Shown piece after piece: positions 13,844 to 25,599 of a stretch of 64,000 bases of DNA. Where the stretch lies: assembly GCA_964016885.1 (NCBI GenBank), contig OZ024743.1, positions 346,766,001-346,830,000 of the forward strand. Reading direction: 5' to 3'. Each line of letters begins with the position of its first letter. The stretch's first letter is position 1. The notes under the pieces were generated by a model, which saw only the letters and a list, made by a program, of their open reading frames with translations, searched no databases and was not told where the DNA came from. The stretch comes from Eledone cirrhosa. Taxonomy: Eukaryota. The translations under genes and the position numbers were made by a program.

Positions 13844-14222
13844 GTGTGTATGCGCCCGTGTGTGTGTGTGTGTGTGTATGGGTGTGTGTGTGTGTGTGCG
13901 TGTGTGTGTGTGGGTGCGCGTGTGTGTGTGTGTGTGTGTGTGTTTGTGTGAGTGTATTTGTATGTAGGCACGTGTGTTTTCTTTACTCATACAACAGAGT
14001 GGACTGATGATGGGATAAGTGATTGAGTGACGGAGAGAAAAAGATATAGAGCTTGAACATAAAATAAGCCCTAAGCGGAAAATTAGATTATAGTAATAAA
14101 ATGTATGTCAAAAATTACCTGTAAATGCCCACCATAAAGTACATTTAACTTGCCAATCGAACAGTTCAAAATACAACATATACATATATATTAACATACA
14201 TACGTACATACATATTTATATC

Positions 14223-14259
<37 letters not shown>

Positions 14260-14278
14260 ATATCTATATATATAAATA

Positions 14279-14471
14279 TAGGAAAAAGTATGACCCCGAC
14301 GGCAGAGCTCAAGCCGTTTTGACGGCTATTCCTGGACTGAAATAGCCATTGAAACGGCTTGAGCTCTGCCGTCGAGGTCATACTTTATCCTATTACCCAC
14401 TCTACTACCCTAAGTATTGAGTACTCTGGTGCGTTATGGTCCATATGGTTCCTTACCACAATTCCTTCGTT
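14279..14471 (+). mobile_element. Palindromic mini-element family B
   Basis: Same arms and tail as 7976 and 34246, more diverged. Confidence 0.85.
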
Positions 14472-14617
14472 ATACATATAAATAAATTTAGTCCTTCATC
14501 AGTGATCTTCCAACCTTCATTGGTATTTCATCGCTTTAAAGACCATATACCTCCGGTTGGTGCGAGCAACGACTAAAGAAAGTCGTTGGGACACGTAAAT
14601 AAGGGGAACGAGCGAGA

Positions 14618-14656
<39 letters not shown>

Positions 14657-14672
14657 AGTGTGTGTGTGTGTG

Positions 14673-14717
<45 letters not shown>

Positions 14718-14741
14718 ATATGTATATATGTCGACGTATAT

Positions 14742-14857
<116 letters not shown>

Positions 14858-14948
14858 ATGTTTGTGTGTGTGTGTGTGTGTGTGCGTGTGCGCGCGCGTG
14901 TGTGTGTGTATGTGTTTATGTACAAATGTTTATATTCCAACTTCTACA

Positions 14949-15546
14949 ATAATGGTTTCTGATGTAGACACAAGTCCAACAATTCTGGGGGATGGAAAGT
15001 TCAAATCCACCCCCGTGCGTTACTGGTACATTATTTTATCGACCCCGTAAAATGAAGGGCAAAGCTAATATTGTGGGGATTTGAACTCAGAGCGTAAAGG
15101 GGCGTAACTATATGACGCAAACCATGTTGTCTGACCCTCTACCAATACTACCAATCCAACGTTCTTAAACAGATAGTAATAATTGTTTCTATTGTTGGCA
15201 CAAGGCCAGCAATTATCCCAGTGCATTACTGCTACTTAATTTATCGACCCCGTAAGTATGAAAGGTAAAGTTAACCTCGGCGGGATTTGAACTCAGATCA
15301 TAAAGAGCCGTAACTCTTTGCTGCAAAGAATGGCGTCCCACCCTCTACCGATACTGACTAAGTGTTTCTACTTTAGGCAGAAGGCCAGCAATCACCCGGT
15401 ACATTACTGGTACTTTATTTTATCGACCCCGTAAGGATGAAAGGCAAAGTCAACCTCGGCGGGATTTGAACTCAGATCGTAAAGAGACGTAACTATGCTG
15501 GAAAGCATGGCGTCCGACCCTCTACCGATACTGGCAATCCACCGCC
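14949..15546 (-). mobile_element. Head-to-tail cluster of three family-1 SINEs (14949-15160, 15178-15356, 15363-15546)
   Basis: Repeated TATCGACCCCGTAA...GGGATTTGAACTCAG...CCCTCTACC. Confidence 0.88.
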
Positions 15547-15856
15547 ACTATACTCTACCGATACTGAATAGTGATACGTCTTTCGACGGGGAACGTGACA
15601 GAATCCGTTACAGACAAATTGTGCAATTTGTAACGTTTGAAAAAGGGAAATATAAATAAATGTTCATACAATGTTCGTATTGGAGAGCAGACAAGCATTT
15701 CATGTCTCCTTCGATTCCTAGCTGTAAAAAAAGGATAAGTGGTACCAGAACGTAAGTATTGGTAGCTAAGCTTGTGTTGGCAAGTGGATGGGTATAAGAT
15801 CAGGTAAAGAGAATAAAAAAGAGAGATACAAATTTTGAGCTGTTTATATATATATG

Positions 15857-15901
<45 letters not shown>

Positions 15902-16045
15902 GTGTGTATATGTGTGGGTGTGTATGTGTGTGTATGTGTATGTATGTGTGCATGTGTGTGTATGCGTGTGAGTGTGTGTATGTGTGTGTCTGTGTGCGTG
16001 TGTGTGTTAGGAGTTGCTGCGATGCGAAGAGTCGGTATATATCAA

Positions 16046-16447
16046 ATAATTGTTTCTACTTTTGTCACAAGGCCAGCAATAACCCAGTACATTACTGGTA
16101 CTTAACAAATAATGGTTGTGCTCATTGTCCCAATGCACATAATACAGAGAGATGATTAATAGTTCAGTTCAACAATTAATAAATTCTAAAGATACTATTT
16201 AACAATAGATTTATTCATCGAATCCTCGAATATAATAGTGAAATGTGTTGAAAAGATAATTGTTTCTTCTGTTGGCACAAGGCCAGCAATTCCCCCAGTG
16301 AATTACTGGTGCTTTATTTTATCGGCCCCGTAAGGATGAAAGTCAAAGCTCACCTTCGCGGGATTTAAATTGAAAACGTAAAGGGCCATAACTCTGAGTT
16401 GTAAAGCATGGTATGTGACGCTCTGCCGATACTGCCAATCCATCGCC
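16046..16447 (-). mobile_element. Family-1 SINE 3' fragment (16046-16101) and full copy (16257-16447)
   Basis: Family-1 motifs. Confidence 0.8.
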
Positions 16448-16842
16448 TGTTGAAAAGATAATGCTGATATAGTTAATGAAGATCACAATCGCCTGGCATA
16501 TGGCATGTGTGTGTTCGAGTCCTGTAGGCATCATTGTCCATTTTAGTCCACCTCGAGCGATTGATATGACTAACTTGTTAGAGAATAATTAAGACTGTTT
16601 AACCTTGAGTTGGGTTCCTTGTAAAATTTGTTGAGGTAAATATCACTTGAATACAGAACTCATATTTGGGTTTGATTTCAGAAGACAACGTTTGCCGAAC
16701 TCTTTGTTTTATATATCGTTAAGCACAGATTATTTATATCATATCTTCTAAAGGAGACTTAAAAGTATGTCTTGGGAATTTGTCATCTTAAACATGACGG
16801 TGCGCATCCCAGTCATTCTTTGAAATTACCAGAGATTTTCCA

Positions 16843-16917
16843 GAAGAAGAAGAAGAAGAAGAAGAAGAAGAAGAAGAAGAAGAAGAAGAAGAAGAAGAAG
16901 AAGAAGAAGAAGAAGAA
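16843..16917 (+). repeat. (GAA)n microsatellite
   Basis: Perfect triplet run. Confidence 0.97.
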
Positions 16918-17307
16918 TGTGTGGGAGAAAGGGGTAGGAGAATGGGAATGAGAAGTAAAAGAGGAGGAGGTCGAGAATGAGCAGGAAGAGGAAATAGATG
17001 AGATGTAGGAGGAGGGGGATGCAAAGGAAGAAGCGGAGATTCAAGTGTCTTATCTTCCTTGTTTGTTTTCGTATTTTCATTGAAGTCCATTACAGATATT
17101 TTGAGAATATGTTCATAAAGTCACAACTAAGGTTCCTATACGTTCAGAGACTCGTCATTAAGATATGGGTGGGTTTTATTCTAAGTTTATATACTTTATA
17201 CAATTTTAAATAGCAACATTTTTGTTTGAATTGTGTCATCAGCCATGTGGCAATGCCATGTGAAGGTGAATGCTGTTAATAAAATAATTAAACAAAAATT
17301 AATATAT

Positions 17308-17915
17308 ATATGGAAAAAATGAAATTTCATTTACACTCTTAGTACGGCTGATACTTAAATATAAGTATGTATACGTACATACATATATGTATACAGACGT
17401 ACAGAAGTATGTATATATATATACATACATACATGCACACATATATATATATGTACGTATGGGTTTACCAAACATTTATTATAATGCTCGGTTTGTTTGT
17501 AAACAAACAGCCTGATAGCCGTACAGTGTTCGGCAACCATCGTTGCCATTTTGTTCAACACTGACAAAGGAACGATACGTACATATATATATGTGTGCAT
17601 GTATGTATATATATATACATACTACTGTACGTCTGTATACATATATATATGTACGTGTACATACTTATATTTAAATACCAGCCGTACTAAGAGTGAGAAA
17701 TGAAATTTCATTTTTTCCATTTATCGTTTACGGTATGCCCGGCCGAATAACTCACTCGATATGCAAATTAGGCTGCTCAGCCGTTAATATGCATATGGAA
17801 AGTATATACTTTCAAACGTTCAATCGACTGACATGAAGGTATAGAGTGCTGATGACAGCTAATAAGCTATAAACTAGTTCATCGTTCCTTTGTCAGTAGT
17901 AATTCTAATTTTGTT
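17308..17915 (+). mobile_element. Palindromic element family D with a degenerate hammerhead motif
   Basis: Inverted repeat ~17310-17460 / 17575-17720; GTG-CTGATGA-cAGCT-aata-AGCTa-TAAACTAGTT-CAT at 17846-17882 (GAAA mutated to TAAA); 17560-17576 is the inverse of 17881-17897. Confidence 0.6.
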
Positions 17916-17943
17916 TATATATATATATATATATATAAACACA

Positions 17944-18005
<62 letters not shown>

Positions 18006-18105
18006 TATTGAAATTTCCGTTGAAAACAGAAAAGGTCATAGAAGAGAAGAGTGCTCTATGTAAGTATCAGAGCAAAATTTAATGTATAAAAATCAATACA
18101 ATATA

Positions 18106-18183
18106 ATTACCTCATTACCAGAGATTTCCCGAATGAGGCGAATACGAAAGAAACGTCTTCATTCGTTCGTCAGACGAGGCAAT
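18106..18183 (-). ncRNA. Type I hammerhead ribozyme of the PLE pseudo-LTR
   Basis: Stem I ATTGCCTCGT/ATGAGGTAAT; CTGACGA; stem II CGAATGA/TCATTCG; GAAA; short stem III; GTA triplet. Confidence 0.8.
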
Positions 18184-19151
18184 ATAAAACATGGGTAAAT
18201 ACTTGGAAAGTCTCATCAAGAAAAGCAAAAAAACAAAAAAGATATAGACAAATGAATTAGAATATGAAATATATAATAATCTTTCAAGAAATATGGTTAG
18301 GGGTGTGTATATGTATGTATATACGCTCACAGATGTGCATATATGTGTATGCACATATGTATACGTATAGTGAAAAAATGTGCGTAAATATATAATTTAG
18401 GGCAAATGTATCTGTATGTCTGTAATCTACAGACAGAATAGATACATCATAAGAATATGAAGGCACGCGCATAAACACACATACACACACGTACACTTAG
18501 ATGCGGAAGTAAAAGAGGTAAGGGAGTGTAATAATTAAAGGAAAGTATCAATCTCGATTTATTTATAAAAATGGAACACTAATTTAGAAAGAAAAAATTT
18601 AAGAAAAGAAGACAAAAAAGGTACATACATACACACACACGTATATCTCACAAAAGAAACGCAAAAATATACATGCTTATATACACACGCACACTTACAT
18701 AAAACCTAGATGTAAAAACACGGATATAAAGACACATACAGATACGCGCACATACGTAGTCGCTCATGTACATATATAGAAAGTATACACACATTAAGGC
18801 GTTCAGTCACATTGATACAGGGTGTAAAAAACTTGTGGATAAGTAAGTACAAATATAAAATTGTAAGATTGGCTGCGCAAAAATAAAAAAATAAAAATAA
18901 AAACGAAAAATATATCTGGAGTGGAAAACACAAATGACATGTTTAATCAGTTTGTGAAGGAAATGGGGAAGTAAAAAATGGAAAGTGAAAATAGAGGTAA
19001 GTGAATCGTAGAATAAGGGGGGAGGGGGTTATTGGTGGATGTGAAGTAAAAAAAAAAAAATAAATATAAAAATAAAAATAAATGAAATTAATGATAAGGA
19101 TAAAAATGAAAGTAAATCAGAAAGGGTAATTAAAAAGAGAATAATAAGAGT

Positions 19152-19739
19152 TTATGGAGGATAAGTATCTGAAAGTGTGTTAAGTTTATATGAGCTGGAA
19201 AGCATGTGTGATTTCATGTTTGGGCAACTGGTGAACATTTCCGTCTTTGTGTTCAGGCAGGTCTTTGGTGATTTTAGATTTTGCAATATCCAATATTTTT
19301 CATTTATGCAGAGCGTGCATTTTCTTGTTCCTCTAGCATATTATTTAGATTGGTTCAAAATTGACCAATCTAATTTATATTGGATGCCTTGGTCTTCCAA
19401 ATACCAAATTCTGCTAGCCAGAGCTGTTGTAAATCTTTTTTCTGGATGTCGAAAGGATGCGACATGTGAGTAATAACGCGTTTTGAATTTGTCTTGCGTC
19501 ATACCCACATATCGTTCACTGGTGGCTGGATGGTTGGTGCTGATGGTTGTCACTTTAGCCGCATATACGATGGCTTTGGTGTTGCATTTACCTTGTAATG
19601 GGCATTCACTTTTGATTCTACAGGAGCAAGTTTGATTTTCTCTAGGTGATATTTTGTTGATGATATAGTACTAAATAGGGGGACCGCAGGAATAGCTAAT
19701 TTTGACACAGTTTCTGTTAAAGATCTTATAGTATCTATG
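19152..19739 (-). pseudogene. PLE zinc finger and GIY-YIG endonuclease, left arm
   Basis: Reverse-complement copy of 19959-20546, with the same in-frame TAA at 19341-19343. Confidence 0.85.
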
Positions 19740-20546
19740 GGTTCTATTTTTAATATGGCATCCCCCTACGATAATAAAGCCCTCCAAAATAGCGGTTTTA
19801 GCGAACCGATTAAATACATACCCAACTATACTAACTCTATTAAACATAAAAACAGGAAAAGAAAAATAATCTGGTTCACACCCCCCTACTCTCTAGCAGT
19901 TAAAACTAATGTAGGCAAGCAATTCCTAGAGCTCCTAGATAAACATTTCCCTAGAACACATAGATACTATAAGATCTTTAACAGAAACTGTGTCAAAATT
20001 AGCTATTCCTGCGGTCCCCCTATTAAGTCCTATATCATCAACAAAATATCACCTAGAGAAAATCAAACTTGCTCCTGTAGAATCAAAAGTGAATGCACAT
20101 TACAAGGTAAATGCAACACCAAAGCCATCGTATATGCGGCTAAAGTGACAACCATCAGCACCAACCATCCAGCCACCAGTGAACGATATGTGGGTATGAC
20201 GCAAGACAAATTCAAAACGCGTTATTACTCACATGTCGCATCCTTTCGACATCCAGAAAAAAGATTTACAACAGCTCTGGCTAGCAGAATTTGGGATTTG
20301 AAAGACCAATGCATCCAATATAAATTAGATTGGTCAATTTTGAACCAATCTAAATAATATGCTAGAGGAACAAGAAAATGCACACTCTGCATAAATGAAA
20401 AATATTGGATATTGCAAAATCTAAAATCACCAAAGACCTGCCTGAACACAAAGACGGAAATGTTCACCAGTTGCCCACACATGAAATCACACCTGCTTTC
20501 CAGCTCATATAAACTTAACACACTTTCAGATACTTATCCTCCATAA
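19737..20546 (+). pseudogene. PLE C-terminal RT thumb/linker, CxCx5Cx5C finger and GIY-YIG endonuclease, right arm
   Basis: RKRKIIWFTPPYS..VKTNVGKQFL..KIFNRNCVKISYSC, CSCRIKSECTLQGKC, IVYAAKV...RYVGMT..FKTRYYSH; after the TAA at 20355 the frame continues KCTLCINEK...CLNTKTEMFTSCPH. Confidence 0.9.
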
Positions 20547-20984
20547 ACTCTTGTTGTTCTCTTTTTAATTACCCTTTCTGATTTACTTTCATTTTTATCC
20601 TTATCATTAATTTCATTATTTTTATTTTTATATTTATTTTTTTATTTTTACTTCACATCCACCCTTTATTCTACGATTCACTTACCTCTATTTTCACTTT
20701 CCATTTTTATTTTTGCGCAGCCAATCTTACAATTTTATATTTGTACTTACTTATCCACAAGTCTTTTACACCCTGTATCAATGTGACTGAACGCCTTAAT
20801 GTGTGTATACTTTCTATATATGTACATGAGCGACTACGTATGTGCGCGTATCTGTATGTGTCTTTATATCCGTGTTTTTACATCTAGGTTTTATGTTTTG
20901 TTTCTTTTTTCTTCGCCCCCTTTTTTTTTACTTACTCATTTTTATGCGTGTGCATGCAAACAGGTCAATATGCGTGAGTGTAAT

Positions 20985-21020
<36 letters not shown>

Positions 21021-21708
21021 TATCGAACGTATGGATGTGTAAGTGTGCGTGTGTATATAAGCATGTATATTTTTGCGTTTCTGTTGTGAGATATACGTGT
21101 GTGTGTGTGCATGTATGTACTTTTTTGTCTTCTTTTCTTTAATTTTTTCTTTCTAAATTATTGTTCCATTTTTATAAATATATCGAGATTGATACTTTCC
21201 TTTAATTATTACACTCCCTTACCTCTTTTACTTCCGCATCTAAGTGTACGTGTGTGTATGTGTGTTTATGCGCGTGCCTTCATATCCTTATGATGTATCT
21301 ATTCTGTCTGTAGATTACAGACATACAGATACATTTGCCCTAAATTATATATTTACGCACATTTTTTCACTATACGTATACATATGTGCATACACATATA
21401 TGCACATATGTGCATACACATATATGCACATCTGTGAGCGTATATACATACATATACACACACCTGACCATATTTCTTGAAAGATTATTATATATTTCAT
21501 ATTCTAATTCATTTGTCTATATCTTTTTTATTTTTTTGCTTTTCTTGATGAGACTTTCCAAGTATTTACCCATGTTTTATATTGCCTCGTCTGACGAACG
21601 AATGAAGACGTTTCTTTCGTATTCGCCTCATTCGGGAAACCTCTGGTTTTATAATTATATTGTATTGGGATTTTTATTGGTAATTATATAGGTAATTATA
21701 TTGTATTG

Positions 21709-21782
<74 letters not shown>

Positions 21783-21839
21783 ATGTGTGTGTGTGTATGT
21801 ATATATACACACACACTTATATATATATATATATAGTGA

Positions 21840-22035
21840 TGGCGTGTGGCTGAGTGGTTAGAGAATTGGATTCGCAATCGTAAGGTTGTGAGTTCGATTC
21901 CTGGACCAGGCGATGTGTTATGTCCTTGAGCAAGACACTTTATTTCACGTTGCTCCTTCTACCTGGAGTTTCGACCGATAGATAGTATTAGCAATTGGAA
22001 AGACCAACGGAAACATTGCTCCCTCGGTGCGATTT
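21840..22035 (+). mobile_element. tRNA-derived SINE, family 2
   Basis: GTGGCTGAGTGGTTAGAG...GAGTTCGATTCC...CCTTGAGCAAGACACTTTATTTCACG. Confidence 0.8.
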
Positions 22036-22363
22036 GACGAAAGTCGATCGTTCCTCATATATATATATATATATATATGTATGTATATATATGTGTATAT
22101 ATATATATATAAACAAAATTAGAATTACGTTTTTCTCTCTAACACACCGGATACGTAAATGCATTCGTGAGTTTTATATCGAATAATGATAATATTCGAT
22201 TTGTTTGCTAGAAAACAACCTGTTTGCGCTATGTCTTTTAAATTGCCATTCATCGCCATCCTTTTGTTCTAGCGATGACAGAGAGACACAACCAACAAAA
22301 CTCTTTCTGGGTTATTGCCCTTTGTCAAGATTGTATATTTCTCTTCTGCCACTCAATAGAACT

Positions 22364-22437
22364 CTTGAAAATATATACTATTCTTAAAATATATACTATT
22401 CTTAAAATATATACTATTCTTAAAATATCTACTATTC
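22364..22437 (+). repeat. 18-bp tandem repeat, about 4 copies
   Basis: TCTTAAAATATATACTAT units. Confidence 0.85.
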
Positions 22438-22614
22438 ATAATTTCTATCTATGGGTGACTCTGAGCCAATCCTCTGCAAAATGCACGTAACAGGACAATA
22501 CACATTAAAAATACTAAGTATATGTAAGAGAAACTTCATCGTTTTTATTAATATACACTCTGCCACTGCATTGAATGCTCGATTTGGTACTACCACCAGT
22601 AATTCACAAAACAC

Positions 22615-22705
<91 letters not shown>

Positions 22706-22734
22706 CTGTGTGTGTATGTATATATATATATATG

Positions 22735-22789
<55 letters not shown>

Positions 22790-22806
22790 ATATATTTATA
22801 TATATG

Positions 22807-22939
<133 letters not shown>

Positions 22940-23002
22940 ATATATATATATGTATGTATATATATATGGATATATATATGTATGTATATATATATATATA
23001 TG

Positions 23003-23045
<43 letters not shown>

Positions 23046-23528
23046 GTATATATATATATATATATATGTATGTATATATATATATATGTATATATGTATA
23101 TATGTATATATGTATATATGTATATATATATATGTGTGTGTATATATATATATGTATATATATATAAATATATATATAGTGTATGCTTGCGTGTGTAAAA
23201 AGAGTAAGACGAAAAATGACAGACAGTGTTGGCAGACAGTCTTAGTAGTGTATTGACTTGTAGCTAATAAAACTTCTTCACGCCAGTGTTCATATTTCTG
23301 TACGATACTTAATTTTTAAAAAAATAAGTCTTATACGTAATTCTAATAAAATTTCATGACATCTGTCTTTTATGATAGAATAAACCGTTTTTAAAAAATC
23401 GAAATAGAGGCAACATTGTCATTCATAATTCTATATCGTTGTGTTATTTGGAGCATGTCATGATCGGATCTATTGTAAGGAAACCTGATTGTTGAATTAT
23501 TAAGAAAAACGATAAATAGACAGAGCTC

Positions 23529-23722
<194 letters not shown>

Positions 23723-23798
23723 TCTCTTTGTGTGTGTATATATATGTATATAAATATATATTCAATGAGCTGTCTCTATTTATCGTTTTCCTTAATAA

Positions 23799-23843
<45 letters not shown>

Positions 23844-23930
23844 ATATATTAATATATATATATATGTGTGTATGTGTATATATGTATACACACATATATA
23901 TATATACATGTATATATATATATATTTATA

Positions 23931-24810
23931 CTAGCAGTGGTACCCGGCGTTGCACGGGATAAGGTATTTTGGAACGCGGGCCGCCACCAGACCTAATCAT
24001 GGAAAAACTGCATGCCTGGACAATATGTAAATAAAATAAACCTTATACTCTGATGGGTGGATAATCTTTAAGATTTTCCTCGATGAAGCAGGAAAAATGC
24101 AGGTTTTCACCTAGGGGATCAAGAAAATAATTTTTTTTTTATGTGCATAATATGCCTTGAAATTTCGGGAAAATCGGCTACACGTAACGCCTCCAAAAAG
24201 CCCTAAAAAGCTGAAAAATGAAGTTTTTCACCTAATGCGTGCCCTAGGCCATAAAAAAGTTGGATTTCTTTGCTCACGGTATGAAGAAGAGACTGACTAA
24301 TACATAGTTACAATTTGAAGGAAATCAAGCTGACGTGACGCCTCAAAGAAACCCTAAAAAGCTTAAAAAACGCAGTTTTTCACCCAATGCGAGCCCTAGG
24401 AGATAAAAAAGTTGAATGCAACATAAGTAATACACATGTAAAGTTGAAAAAAATCGGTTGGGTACTTCTCGAGTTTTAGGGATTCAAACTCACAGACACA
24501 CACACCCACACAGACAGACATCCTCAGGGAAGTGACGTAATGCAGACAGTCAGACATACCGACAGATATTATAAGGGCGTGACGTTATATGTATGTATCT
24601 ATCTAAAAAGAGAAAGACTAAGAATTATAGAGAGAGATCGCTAAATCGCCTAATGCGGTTCCTAGGGCATTGAAAATTTGAAATTTGTTTTGCTCAGAAG
24701 ACTCCCTGACACATAAGTATTACATGTGTAAAGTTTGAAAATAGTCGGTTGAGTGATTCTCGAGTTTTAGGGATTCAAACTCACACACAGACATCCTCAG
24801 TTTTTTATAT
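23931..24810 (-). mobile_element. Non-autonomous Helitron
   Basis: Minus-strand 3' end: GC hairpin CCCGTGCAACGCCGGG (23943-23958), 8 nt, then CTAG followed by T; internal ~125-bp imperfect repeats; CAGA microsatellite; duplicated subterminal GAGTTTTAGGGATTCAAACTCAC...CAGACATCCTCAG. Confidence 0.7.
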
Positions 24811-24899
24811 ATATATATACATATATATATACATGTATATATTAATATATATTTGTGTGTGTGTGTATGTGTATATATGTATATATATATACATACATA

Positions 24900-25080
24900 T
24901 TTGTTTCTACTTTAGGCACAAGGCCAGCAATTATCCAGTTCATTACTGGTACTTTATTTTATCGACCCCGTAAGGATGAAAGACAAAGTCAACCTCGGCG
25001 GGATTTGAACTCAGATCGTAAAGGGACGTAACTATGCTGGAAAGCATGGCGTCCGACCCTCTACCGATACTGCTAATCCA
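24900..25080 (-). mobile_element. tRNA-derived SINE, family 1
   Basis: Family-1 motifs. Confidence 0.9.
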
Positions 25081-25599
25081 ATACATATTGATTGATTGAT
25101 TATTAAGCTATGTAAATATACTATGTCGAGGAGGTCTAATAGGACAGAAATCACTTGCTTCCATCAGCTGCCTTCAATGTGCATTGTCTATATTCTTAAA
25201 ACAATTCGACCGCATGGTCTTATTTGCTTTATCTCACTTGTTTTATGTTTTCTTTTTACTATAGACACACTGATTTTGTCTGAAACCTTAGTTGATTTAC
25301 TTTTTTACTCACTGCTTATTAAATTTGTGAGACTAAACAGATAAATAGGTAGATAGATAGATAGATATGTTTCTTTATTAGCCACAGGGGCACAAAACAA
25401 GGGGACAAATACAAAGGGGCAAATTTACATACAATGAAAACGTGTAAAATACTATCACAAACACAATTTAAAAGTTAATCGATTTTCCCCAATAGTGGGA
25501 GACATTACATATGGGTAACACATACCCCCGAAAAAATGTGCAACCCTCATCTCCAGCAGTACGAAGAGTTTGTAACCCTTTCCTCTCCTCCTCTTTTTC

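Larger units (their letters stand above)
18004..21715. mobile_element. Penelope-like element (Naiad-like) 3' portions arranged as a large inverted repeat in (TA)n
   Basis: Left arm ~18085-19739 is the reverse complement of right arm ~19959-21715; GIY-YIG endonuclease coding region, long 3' UTR and hammerhead in each arm; (TA)n on both flanks. Confidence 0.92.

Noticed and set aside
14949-15546. CRISPR-like repeat cluster
   Set aside because: Units are ~185-bp SINEs with no unique spacers or cas genes, in a eukaryotic context
20355-20357. Selenocysteine recoding of the in-frame stop in the PLE endonuclease
   Set aside because: The codon is TAA, not TGA
21840-21910. tRNA gene-like sequences at SINE heads
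   Set aside because: A/B boxes are present but there is no complete cloverleaf, and each continues into a SINE body
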